A DNA stretch of 64,000 nucleotides, taken from positions 1 to 64,000 of the forward strand of contig CAZHRF010000010.1 in assembly GCA_964534625.1 (NCBI GenBank), in the 5' to 3' direction. The notes under the pieces were generated by a model, which ran no database searches, was not told the origin of the DNA, and saw only the letters and a list, made by a program, of their open reading frames with translations. Below are positions 39,288 through 48,644 of this stretch, one piece after another. The first letter of the stretch is position 1. Every line of letters begins with the position of its first letter. This DNA comes from an uncultured archaeon. Lineage in GTDB: Archaea; Asgardarchaeota; Heimdallarchaeia; Heimdallarchaeales; Heimdallarchaeaceae. The position numbers and the translations under genes were made by a program.

Positions 39288-39669
39288 TCTTTTTCACGCC
39301 TAGAATTCTTAGGGCTAAATAAGCAGCATTTTGACCATTGTCTATCCCAACTGTTGCAACGGGGACACCTTTTGGCATCTGTACAATAGACAGCAATGCA
39401 TCTAGACCATCTAATGCCGCTTTAACTGGGACTCCAATTACCGGTTTCTCGGTTAAAGCAGCTACAACTCCGGGTAAAGCTGCTGCAAGACCCGCTATAC
39501 AAATAAAGACTTCTCCATCAGCATTCTCTACATATTGTACTAGTTTCTTATGTTCTCTATGAGCAGAAATATAATTCACATTATATTTTACAGAATGCTC
39601 ATCTAACACGTTCGTCACTTTTTCAACTATTTTTTGATCACTTTTACTTCCAGCTATTATTTCTATCAT
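39280..39669 (-). CDS. purE: AIR carboxylase/NCAIR mutase PurE
   Basis: [35 protein letters not shown]. Confidence 0.96.
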   Translation of the reverse strand: MIEIIAGSKSDQKIVEKVTNVLDEHSVKYNVNYISAHREHKKLVQYVENADGEVFICIAGLAAALPGVVAALTEKPVIGVPVKAALDGLDALLSIVQMPKGVPVATVGIDNGQNAAYLALRILGVKKNA

Positions 39670-39672
39670 TGT

Positions 39673-41853
39673 TTATACCTCCATGTAATTAGTAATTGCG
39701 CGTTTCCATTTCTCTTCTATACTCTTAAGGGTTATATCACCAATTTCTTCGATTTCTAGTATTGGCTTTTCTTTTGTGTCTCCCAATATTGCATAAGGAA
39801 TTTTATTTGTTTCTAGTATCTCTGTAACAGCGATAATATGTTCTTCAGATACTTCAACAATATACCTCGCTGTTGATTCAGAGAATATTTTTTCTTCAAG
39901 AGATAATTCCTTTTCGACTGGTAAATTTTTAAGAGAAACTTTTGCCCCAATACTATTTTTTATCATCATCTCACCTAAAGCTATAATTAACCCCCCTTGT
40001 GAGATATCGTGACAACTTCTAATATATCCCATGGTTTTTAATTTCATAATACCATTTATAGAAAGTAGTTCTTTTTCTTTTTTATACAACGGAACTGGTC
40101 CTTGTAGGATTTTGTGGTTGTACCTCAAATATTCCGTTCCATCCAATCCTGTGTCTGTTTCTCCTACTACCAAAATTTTACTATTACTCTGTTGAAAATG
40201 ATTTTCTATTATCTCTTCTTCATTATCAATTAGCCCCATCACACCTATGACGGGTGTTGGATTAATACGTCCTGTTTTTCCCTCTTTCATTGTTTCATTA
40301 TAGAAGCTTACATTACCTCCAACTATAGGAATCTCAAAATCATGACTAAATTGACCTAATCCCTTTACTGACTCAACAAATTGCCAATAAGAATCAGATT
40401 TTTCTGGATTTCCAAAGTTCAAACAATCTACTAATGCCAATGGCCTAGCTCCTACAGCGGTTAAGTTACGTATAGCTTCCGCTGCACTATTTGCAGTACC
40501 ATTATAAGGATCTAAATAGACCATAAACGAATTACAATCTAACGTCAATGCAATGTATTTGCCATTATCTAATCTTAATACTGCAGCATCACTACCCGCT
40601 TGAATATTGGTGTGTGTTTGAACGTGTTGATCATATTGTTGATACACCCATGATTTATCAGCGATATTGGGAGAACCAAATAATCTCAAAATTTCTTTTG
40701 TTATGTCCCGTGCTAGAGGCAAATTCAAATCTTTTCTTTTACCTATATAATTTGGTTTCTTCATAATTCTCTTTGGTTCTGGAAAGCCATCAACTATCAA
40801 GTCAACAGGGAGGTGACTAATTTTATTACCTTTATAATAGGCAATATAATGAGAATTATCTGTCACTTCTCCAATTATTCCATAAGGAAGATCATTTTTC
40901 TTTAATATTTCTACTACTTGATTTATTTTTTGGGATGAGACAATACCTAGCATTCTTTCTTGTGACTCGGATACAAGGATCTCCCATGGTTGCATATCAG
41001 ATTCACGTAAAGGAACATCTTCAAGTCGGACTATGGCTCCCGTTTTACCAGTAAACGCCATTTCTGATATAGCACAAGACAAACCCCCACCTCCCAAATC
41101 TTGCAATCCATCAAGAAGATTCTCTTCAATTAATTCTAGCGTTACATCAATTAACACTTTTTCCATTAAAGGGTCTCCAATTTGTACTGCTGGCCTTTCT
41201 TTCTGGCTTTTTTCACTCAAATCCTTTGATGCGAAAGACACCCCATGGATTCCATCTCTACCCGTCCTCGCCCCATATAACAAAATAAATTGACCGGGAG
41301 TGGTGGCTTTACTTCTGACTATTTTTTCCCTATCAACTACTCCAACACACATTACATTTACTAGACAGTTATTTTCAAAAACTGGAGCAAACTCTACTTC
41401 TCCTCCAACAGTAGGGATACCACAACAATTACCGTAAAAAGATATGCCTCTTACAACATTTTCAAATAAATACTGCGAATGCTTGGAACCAAGGTTCCCA
41501 AATCGGATAGCATCTAAAAGTGCAATCGGCTTACATCCCTGAGACAAAACATCACGAATAATCCCGCCTACACCTGTGGAAGCACCATCATATGGGCTGA
41601 TGGCGGAAGGATGATTATGGCTTTCTAATGCCAATCCAACTAAGGAATTATCACCTAAATTAATGATACCTGCCCCCTCACCTAACCCTAATTCTAAATG
41701 ACGAGCTGACGTATTGAAAACATGGAACCATCGTTTTGATGATTTATATGAACAATGTTCTGACCACATAGCATCTAATATTGCAATTTCAGCTCTATTT
41801 GGTGCTCTCTTAAGTATCTTTACCACTTTTGCATGTTCTTCACTTGTTAACAT
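39673..41853 (-). CDS. purL: FGAM synthase large subunit (small-type PurL)
   Basis: MWSEHCSYKSS, ESHNHPS, GRDGIHG, SESQERM, GGNVSFYN. Confidence 0.97.
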   Translation of the reverse strand: MLTSEEHAKVVKILKRAPNRAEIAILDAMWSEHCSYKSSKRWFHVFNTSARHLELGLGEGAGIINLGDNSLVGLALESHNHPSAISPYDGASTGVGGIIRDVLSQGCKPIALLDAIRFGNLGSKHSQYLFENVVRGISFYGNCCGIPTVGGEVEFAPVFENNCLVNVMCVGVVDREKIVRSKATTPGQFILLYGARTGRDGIHGVSFASKDLSEKSQKERPAVQIGDPLMEKVLIDVTLELIEENLLDGLQDLGGGGLSCAISEMAFTGKTGAIVRLEDVPLRESDMQPWEILVSESQERMLGIVSSQKINQVVEILKKNDLPYGIIGEVTDNSHYIAYYKGNKISHLPVDLIVDGFPEPKRIMKKPNYIGKRKDLNLPLARDITKEILRLFGSPNIADKSWVYQQYDQHVQTHTNIQAGSDAAVLRLDNGKYIALTLDCNSFMVYLDPYNGTANSAAEAIRNLTAVGARPLALVDCLNFGNPEKSDSYWQFVESVKGLGQFSHDFEIPIVGGNVSFYNETMKEGKTGRINPTPVIGVMGLIDNEEEIIENHFQQSNSKILVVGETDTGLDGTEYLRYNHKILQGPVPLYKKEKELLSINGIMKLKTMGYIRSCHDISQGGLIIALGEMMIKNSIGAKVSLKNLPVEKELSLEEKIFSESTARYIVEVSEEHIIAVTEILETNKIPYAILGDTKEKPILEIEEIGDITLKSIEEKWKRAITNYMEV

Positions 41854-42536
41854 TTTAATGTCTCCTTTAAATTACTAAATATAACTCGCCCATCTATTCC
41901 CCTTAGATAGTTGAAGCTTGCTCGCTCAGGATGAGGCATCATACCCAGTATATTTCCAGTTTTATTTGTTATTCCAGCGATATTTAATAAAGAACCGTTA
42001 GGATTGGATTTAGAGGTTATTTTTCCTTCTTCATCACAGTACTGTAAAATTATTTGGTGATTTTTTTTCAGAGATTCAATGTTTCGTTTAATATCATAAT
42101 AATTTCCTTCATAATGTGCTATGGGGAGTTTGAGAACCTCGCCCGCTAAATTTTTTAATAAAGGAGTAACTGTTTCATTAACTCGAATATTTACCCATTT
42201 TGAAATAAATTTTGTTGAGGTGTTAGTTAGTAATACACCAGGTAAAAGACCAGCCTCACACAACATTTGAAATCCATTACATATTCCCATAACTACTGAT
42301 CCGTTCTTAGCAAACTCAATAACTCTAGTCATTAACTGAGAATGTGCTGCTATTACACCAGGTCTAAGATAATCACCATAAGAAAAACCACCAGCCAATA
42401 CTATTGCATCCATATTAGAAACAAGATGAGATTCGTAGTGTGGAATATAAACAACTTTCATATCCAAGTCATGTAGTATCCTCGCCACATCTTGTTCATT
42501 ATTGGTTCCAGGAAATTTGGTTATTCCAATTTGCAT
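41847..42536 (-). CDS. purQ: FGAM synthase glutaminase subunit
   Basis: FPGTN, GGFSYGDYLR, GICNGFQ, NPNGS, MMPHPER. Confidence 0.97.
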   Translation of the reverse strand: MQIGITKFPGTNNEQDVARILHDLDMKVVYIPHYESHLVSNMDAIVLAGGFSYGDYLRPGVIAAHSQLMTRVIEFAKNGSVVMGICNGFQMLCEAGLLPGVLLTNTSTKFISKWVNIRVNETVTPLLKNLAGEVLKLPIAHYEGNYYDIKRNIESLKKNHQIILQYCDEEGKITSKSNPNGSLLNIAGITNKTGNILGMMPHPERASFNYLRGIDGRVIFSNLKETLKC

Positions 42537-42563
42537 TTAATTCACCATACATCCACATTTAAT

Positions 42564-43547
42564 TCATTCTTCAAAGACTACTTCCATTTCAAAGTCTTCA
42601 ATTAAAGGATTGGAGAGGATTTCCTTACAAATTTTTTCTGTCTTTTTGACTAAGTTATCCGATGGAACTTCTGTGAACTCTAATAGAGCACACTTACCAA
42701 GTCTTACCAGCTCCAGATTTTCATATCCTAAACGCTTTAATGCTCTGTGAGTTACCTCACCAGCTGGATCAAGAACAGAGGATTTCAAGGTTATGGAAAC
42801 AACTATTTTAGTCTTGAGATCTAAAATAAATGGTTTAATCTCACTTAGTCTATTATTTATTTCATCATAATGCTTAATTACATCTCCCAAGTTTTTCCTA
42901 TATCGATCTTTATCTTTTATCTCACCCGTTTCTTTTTCCCATAAACGCATAGAATCAGCAGAAATTTCATCAGCAAGAACTAATCGCCCATCATTAGTTA
43001 TACCAAATTCCAGTTTGAAATCAACCAATTGTAATGAAATTTTATTAAATAATTCAATCAATATTTTATTTGTTGCCCGAGTTATAGCTTCCATAAGCAT
43101 GGCTTGCTTTTTATTAACCCATCCTAGTTTAATAGATGCTTCTTTATTTACTAGCGGATCATGTAATTCATCATCTTTATAGAAAAATTCTATCAATGGT
43201 TCTGGGAAATGTTCTCCTTCTTTAATTCCATATCTTCGGCAAAAACTACCCGCAGTTATGTTTCTACAAACTACTTCTACAGGTAATATGTTAACATAAT
43301 CACAGATTAAAGAGGTTTCAGATAACTTGGAGATATAATGGGTAGGAATACCATTTTTTTCTAATAATTCAAATAATAATACAGTAGTCTTACAATTTGC
43401 TCGACCTTTACCTTCTAATTTATCTGTCTTTTTTCCATCAAATGCAGTAATTGAATCTCTAAAAATCAATTCAACTTTCCCATCTTCTCTTACAATAACA
43501 TCTTTTGCTTTTCCTGAGTACTTTGTCACTAATAACACCTTTTGCAT
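42564..43547 (-). CDS. purC: SAICAR synthetase PurC fused to C-terminal PurS
   Basis: GKAK, EVVCRN..AGS, DFKLEFG, ADEIS.D..RLW followed by PurS VLDPAG...VRLGK...LSNPLIEDF. Confidence 0.93.
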   Translation of the reverse strand: MQKVLLVTKYSGKAKDVIVREDGKVELIFRDSITAFDGKKTDKLEGKGRANCKTTVLLFELLEKNGIPTHYISKLSETSLICDYVNILPVEVVCRNITAGSFCRRYGIKEGEHFPEPLIEFFYKDDELHDPLVNKEASIKLGWVNKKQAMLMEAITRATNKILIELFNKISLQLVDFKLEFGITNDGRLVLADEISADSMRLWEKETGEIKDKDRYRKNLGDVIKHYDEINNRLSEIKPFILDLKTKIVVSITLKSSVLDPAGEVTHRALKRLGYENLELVRLGKCALLEFTEVPSDNLVKKTEKICKEILSNPLIEDFEMEVVFEE

Positions 43548-43756
43548 TACAATGTAAATTGTTCTTTTTGTGAATTTGTGAATTCAAATGAGTTGTATTA
43601 ATAAACTTTACGGCTCAGAAGAAAAAAGCATAAATAGACGACAAAAAAAACAACGGGTCAAATATTCAGAAAAGCATAAAAGAAAAGCAATAAAAAGGAA
43701 GAATTTTGCAAAACCTTGCAAAAAACGAATCCCTATGAACCTATGAAAACCAAACC

Positions 43757-43774
43757 AATAACTTATTAGTTATT
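43757..43774. promoter_or_regulatory. Perfect 7-bp inverted repeat, candidate operator in the pur/purR divergent promoter
   Basis: AATAACT-TATT-AGTTATT, 17 bp upstream of the regulator ATG. Confidence 0.45.
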
Positions 43775-43791
43775 ATATCTATTGCTTAGAT

Positions 43792-44562
43792 ATGCTACCT
43801 GAAAGTGTAATCGATGCTCAAGAGAAAATTATGGCAATAACTTTACTACAAATGGCTTTTAAAAAACAGGATATGACACTTGAATCTATGAGCAATTTAT
43901 TAGAAAAACAAGGGATCTCTCTATCTGTTGCAAACATATCTCGATATGTCAGGGGAAAAGCACTACCAAAATCAAAATTAAAAGACGAATTACTCAACTT
44001 TTTTGTGGAAAATAAAAATTTGGAGTTAAATATCTCACATCTCATTGAAAATCATATTACAGTTATTTCAAGAGAATCTAAGACAACAGTAATTAATAAC
44101 ACCCATCTATTAAATGACTCTAACACACTTCAGATAATACTTTTTTCAGCCATATATCAAGGAATAATCCCGAGGGAAATAAATAAAGTCATTACATCTG
44201 AGGTTGATGGAATACCTGTTGCTATGACTCTTGCACATCTACTTAATGTTGATGGGGTATATGCCAGAAGAAAAAAACCCGTTGGTACTACAAAATTTAT
44301 TTATGAAGATATTGAATCAACAAGTTCAAGCAGAATCGAAACTATCTTTTTTCCTGATAAATTCATAAGACCAAAAGAAAAAATTTTGATAGTAGATGAT
44401 ATTATTCGATCAGGTGCAACACAGAGAGCACTAATTAATCTGGTTAGAAAAGCGGATGCCATTCCCACAAAATGTTTGGGTTTAATAGGTATTGGAGAAC
44501 AGTGGAAAGAGATAACAGAATTAAAATCTGTGCCCTTTAAAGTCCTAAAGGTAATATGTTAA
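43792..44562 (+). CDS. HTH + type I PRTase-fold regulator (PurR-like)
   Basis: N-terminal HTH (LSVANISRYVRGKALP); EVDGIP, ARR and VDDIIRSGAT PRPP-binding loop; divergent from the pur operon. Confidence 0.8.
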   Translation: MLPESVIDAQEKIMAITLLQMAFKKQDMTLESMSNLLEKQGISLSVANISRYVRGKALPKSKLKDELLNFFVENKNLELNISHLIENHITVISRESKTTVINNTHLLNDSNTLQIILFSAIYQGIIPREINKVITSEVDGIPVAMTLAHLLNVDGVYARRKKPVGTTKFIYEDIESTSSSRIETIFFPDKFIRPKEKILIVDDIIRSGATQRALINLVRKADAIPTKCLGLIGIGEQWKEITELKSVPFKVLKVIC

Positions 44563-44620
44563 CGAAATGATAGCAATTAATACCAGCAAAATGTTTTTTT
44601 AGTATGATGATTAATGGTTC

Positions 44621-45529
44621 TTGGTTAGGTCTATGAATCCTTATGAAAAAATGTCATCTAATCTCCATCAAAGTGTTTTAGCTCTTATACTAGGTTTAAT
44701 CTTTAGTGCGCTTTTGATACCTGTTTTTGCAATCAATCCAGACCATATCAATAATGTGTTAATTTTAGTAATATTTGCGGTTCCACTGTTATTTATTGTG
44801 GCTCTTATTGCCATCTCAGAGTGTATTTATTGCTATAAAGATGATGTTGATCTTGATAGAACCCTAGCCATGATAGGTCCTATGATGAAATCACTCTTTC
44901 TATCCATTCCTGCAGTACTCTTATATAGCGCCATAATTATTATTTTAAAAGCCTTAATTGAAGAGTTTGATAAAGCTATAGAACCTATTTTTTCAGAAGT
45001 AATACAAGGAGTAGACCCTATTGTTGCTATTCCTATTATTAACTTTTTACCAATTTTTGTGATGATCACCGCTTTACCATTCATATTGTTCTTATATGGT
45101 AAGATACATGTATTAATCTGGGGAGAAAAAGAATCAAAGGAAGAAATGAAAAAATCCGAAAAAGAAAGGCAGGAGAAGACTTACCAAGAGAGACTAGAAT
45201 CCGTATTAAAAAATTATAATACGCACATGAGGCAACTCAATTTATATGCAATGCAGATCCAAACAATACCAGATGAGATAGAACGAGTAAATGATCCAAC
45301 CAAATATAAGAACCTCCATATGCGATTAGTAATGATGCGAGATTATGTATCTTCTATCGAAGTGAATACAGAAACAAAAAGTTATCAAAGGATAAAAGAG
45401 GAAGATAAAGTAAAAAGTAAGATAGAACAATTTGAGAAAATAAAAAGTACACTGACAAAACTGATTAAGGAAAGTATAGCTACACTTGAAGAAGATAAAA
45501 AAGAGTTCAAGCCTAGTGATGATGATTAA
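44621..45529 (+). CDS. Hypothetical membrane protein (4 TM + C-terminal coiled coil)
   Basis: Hydrophobic N-terminal half, charged helical C-terminal half. Confidence 0.75.
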   Translation: MVRSMNPYEKMSSNLHQSVLALILGLIFSALLIPVFAINPDHINNVLILVIFAVPLLFIVALIAISECIYCYKDDVDLDRTLAMIGPMMKSLFLSIPAVLLYSAIIIILKALIEEFDKAIEPIFSEVIQGVDPIVAIPIINFLPIFVMITALPFILFLYGKIHVLIWGEKESKEEMKKSEKERQEKTYQERLESVLKNYNTHMRQLNLYAMQIQTIPDEIERVNDPTKYKNLHMRLVMMRDYVSSIEVNTETKSYQRIKEEDKVKSKIEQFEKIKSTLTKLIKESIATLEEDKKEFKPSDDD

Positions 45530-45774
45530 TTTCCTCTTAAATAATGTGAGCAACAGGTGTTCCTGTCATCAAATCATTTATTTCTTTAAGTATTCCAATA
45601 ATTTAAAACCCGTGTGTGTATTCAATAATTGATTTTCAGACAAATTTATAACCACAATAATAATTAGTCATTGGGTAGAAAAAACTGAATGAAAAGAACA
45701 AGTTAGTTGAGTGGTTATCAATTATAGCAGAAAGATTATACATAAATGAGAGAAGTAAAGCAGCCTTACTCCTC

Positions 45775-46989
45775 ATGTCAATCATTGCCATGATCCCGTT
45801 ATCAATCTTTGGTGCATATGTTGGTCTCTTCTTGGAAGAGATTGGAACAATAAACATCATAATTGGATTTGTTTTGGCAATGCGCAATATATTTCAAATT
45901 TTCTTACGTGTTCCTATGGGCAATTTTTCACAGATTATTGGAAGGAGACCATTGCTTCTTAATGGTGTGTTCTGCTACTCATTTTCTTTATTTATTTTGT
46001 TTTTTTCTTCTCATTGGATTTTTGTGTTAATCGCAGTTTTTTTCTTGGCGTTAGGTATGGCGAGTTATTGGCCTGTACTCTTTTCCTATATTGGTGATAT
46101 TGAGAAAGAAAATATAGGTAATGTTCAAGGCCGAGTGTTCCAAGCCAATGATATAGGAACAATTATTGGATCCATTTTTGCTTATTTGTTACTAGAAAAA
46201 TCAGGTGTAGGATTAGAACATCTGTTTGGTTGGGGAGCTCTAATTGGATTTGTGGGTGTAATAACTCTTTTTTATTTGCTTCCTGAAACACTACCTAAAG
46301 AACAACGATATCAAGTTGATTCTAAAATATTGGCACTTCTCAATTCTTTTGTATCAATGCTCAGAACAGTATATAAGACTTCGAAAAACAAGTCGTTAGG
46401 ACTTATTTACCTTTTTCAGCTGGTTATAAGTTTCTTAGAATATTTCGTATCATCATTCTTTCCCTTTCTAATTGTTTTTAAAGGGTATTCTAAAGGGGTA
46501 GTAGCCCAAATAGTGTGGATAACAGCTGCATCATTATTGTTTTTCAAACCTTATTTTGGTGGGCTTATTGACAAATTTGGGGTTAAGAAGCCGCTTAGTA
46601 TTAGTTTAATCTTATCTGCATCTGCTGTTTTTCTTCTCATTACTGTTGATTCACTTCTTTTTTTGATTCTTATCTATATGCTCTATAGTGCAACAATATT
46701 AACTTGTTATTTAGGAGTTAATACAGGTACCACTTTAGCTTCTTCTCAAAAAGACAGAGGGATGGCACTAGGCACACTTGGTTTTTATGTTTCTTTAGGT
46801 AGATCTGTTTCAACAATAAGCTTATCGCCTCTGTGGGGTCCATTGGGTTTGGAAATGTTATTTGTATTAACAGCCCTTTTTGTGATTTTAACATCAGTGC
46901 TCTTATTATTTTTATCAAGAAATGTTACTATCGATAGTATGAAGGAAATCCAATCCATAATGAGACAAGAAAGCGATAATAACAGTTAA
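45775..46989 (+). CDS. MFS transporter (start probably upstream, see findings)
   Basis: GNFSQIIGRR and GGLIDKFGVK motif A; about 12 TM. Confidence 0.88.
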   Translation: MSIIAMIPLSIFGAYVGLFLEEIGTINIIIGFVLAMRNIFQIFLRVPMGNFSQIIGRRPLLLNGVFCYSFSLFILFFSSHWIFVLIAVFFLALGMASYWPVLFSYIGDIEKENIGNVQGRVFQANDIGTIIGSIFAYLLLEKSGVGLEHLFGWGALIGFVGVITLFYLLPETLPKEQRYQVDSKILALLNSFVSMLRTVYKTSKNKSLGLIYLFQLVISFLEYFVSSFFPFLIVFKGYSKGVVAQIVWITAASLLFFKPYFGGLIDKFGVKKPLSISLILSASAVFLLITVDSLLFLILIYMLYSATILTCYLGVNTGTTLASSQKDRGMALGTLGFYVSLGRSVSTISLSPLWGPLGLEMLFVLTALFVILTSVLLLFLSRNVTIDSMKEIQSIMRQESDNNS

Positions 46990-47065
46990 ATCCATTTGTT
47001 CGCAAATTCTTTACTTTTGCTTTTTAAGAAAAAAATGTTAAAAGAAAAAAGAGATTACACTGATT

Positions 47066-47725
47066 TTAAGACTTTTTATAAGCTTCCATTATTTTCTCTA
47101 CAAAATGCTCTTCTGGGACAGCGCCTTCAAAAGACACTTTACCTTGATTAACTACAATCCTAGGTACTCCCATGACATGAAATTTATTAGATAATTCTGG
47201 GAATTCTTGTGCTTCTATCATTTCTCCAATTATATTATTATTAGCCATTGCTATCTTATGCGCCATTCTTACTGCGCCAGGACAATAAGGGCATGTGGGT
47301 GTAACAAATACCATTATATGCATGGGTTTATCTATTTTCTCAATTTTCTCTAAATTTTCTTTTTTCAAAGTTACACGCCCGAGAGAGAGATCAATAATAT
47401 CTTCAATAATACTCCCAAATTCATATCCTGAAAATATTCCAGAAAATCTGATGTCTCTGTCATGTCCGCCATACAAGATTGTTGTGGGAAATCTTGTAAC
47501 ATGGTATTTTTTGAAGGTTTCACTGTCTTTTTCTTTATTATAGATCTGAAGATCGATTTTATTTTCTGGTGCTAAAGTTTTAATTAATTGTAAAATCTCT
47601 TCAGTTTGCTTACATGTTAAGCATCTCTCTTCTGATACAAAAAGTTTAATTGTTACAGTGTTTTGCATGTGCTTTAATAATTCTTCAACTTGTCTTTTTA
47701 CATTATCTTCTATATCTAATGACAT
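47066..47725 (-). CDS. Protein disulfide oxidoreductase (PDO, two thioredoxin folds)
   Basis: CLTC and CPYC motifs, RFSGIFSGYEF, GVP. Confidence 0.93.
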   Translation of the reverse strand: MSLDIEDNVKRQVEELLKHMQNTVTIKLFVSEERCLTCKQTEEILQLIKTLAPENKIDLQIYNKEKDSETFKKYHVTRFPTTILYGGHDRDIRFSGIFSGYEFGSIIEDIIDLSLGRVTLKKENLEKIEKIDKPMHIMVFVTPTCPYCPGAVRMAHKIAMANNNIIGEMIEAQEFPELSNKFHVMGVPRIVVNQGKVSFEGAVPEEHFVEKIMEAYKKS

Positions 47726-47874
47726 AAATTACACTCTCTAATCACAAATTAAATACCTTTTTATGTATCAAAAATGTGAAAAATAACATATAAAACAAGA
47801 GAATATCCACTTTTTAGACATTATGATGAACATATTGATGATATAAAATTTGCAGAAGAGATTAAATAGAGAGA

Positions 47875-47910
47875 TGAACTACTCCACCCCAAGTGAGTGG
47901 GCATTCTGGC
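47875..47910 (-). mobile_element. Solo IS200/IS605-like right-end remnant
   Basis: Minus strand GCCAGAATGC-CCACTC-ACTTG-GGGTGG-AGTAGTTCA: subterminal hairpin followed by GTAGTTCA; GC-rich spot in an AT-rich spacer. Confidence 0.45.
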
Positions 47911-47949
47911 TAGTATAGGTAAAAAAATTGAAGAACTTCAAATCTTTTC

Positions 47950-48642
47950 TTATTCTAATATAATCCTAGCATCTATTGCCTTTATCCCTTTTTCTGTAAC
48001 CATCAAAGGATTAAGATCTATTTCTTTAATTATAGGGTTGTTTTCCACCAAGCCAGAGATGTTTAACATCAGTTCAGTTAATTCATTCATATCTATTGCA
48101 GGTTGTCCTCTAAATCCATGTAAAATTTTTTTCCCCGTAATTTCATCTACCATTTCCTCAACATCTTCTTTTGTAATAGGAATTAAGCGAAATGAAACAT
48201 CTTTGTATACTTCCACAAATACCCCTCCTATACCAAAGGCAATCATTTTACCGAATTGAGGATCAGTTGTTTGTCCAATTATTATTTCTACTCCGCTAAC
48301 CATTTCTTCTATGCTTACACCTTCAATTTCAGCCTCAGGATAATTTTGCTTTATACTCTCCATCATATCGTCATATGATTCAACTAGTTGTTCTTCTGCA
48401 CTAATACCTACTTTTACTCCACCGGCATCACTTTTGTGAATAACATCTTCAGAAATAATTTTCAGAACTACAGGATAACCAATCTCTTTTGCTTTTTCCT
48501 TACATTCATCTATATTTTTTGCTACTGCCATCTTATTGAGAGGTATATTAGCTTTTTTCATTACTTCACGTGATTCCTCATAAGTCAAAACCGTTCTATT
48601 TTGTTGCTTAATTTCATTTAATATATTACTAATTTCTGGCAT
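47950..48642 (-). CDS. acdB: ADP-forming acyl-CoA synthetase beta subunit
   Basis: GYPVVLK, HKSDAGGV, GIGGVFVE, DLNP, DARI. Confidence 0.94.
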   Translation of the reverse strand: MPEISNILNEIKQQNRTVLTYEESREVMKKANIPLNKMAVAKNIDECKEKAKEIGYPVVLKIISEDVIHKSDAGGVKVGISAEEQLVESYDDMMESIKQNYPEAEIEGVSIEEMVSGVEIIIGQTTDPQFGKMIAFGIGGVFVEVYKDVSFRLIPITKEDVEEMVDEITGKKILHGFRGQPAIDMNELTELMLNISGLVENNPIIKEIDLNPLMVTEKGIKAIDARIILE

Positions 48643-48644
48643 TT

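Noticed and set aside
47897-48259. 120-aa plus-strand ORF as a transposase remnant
   Set aside because: Antisense to acdB; no transposase motifs
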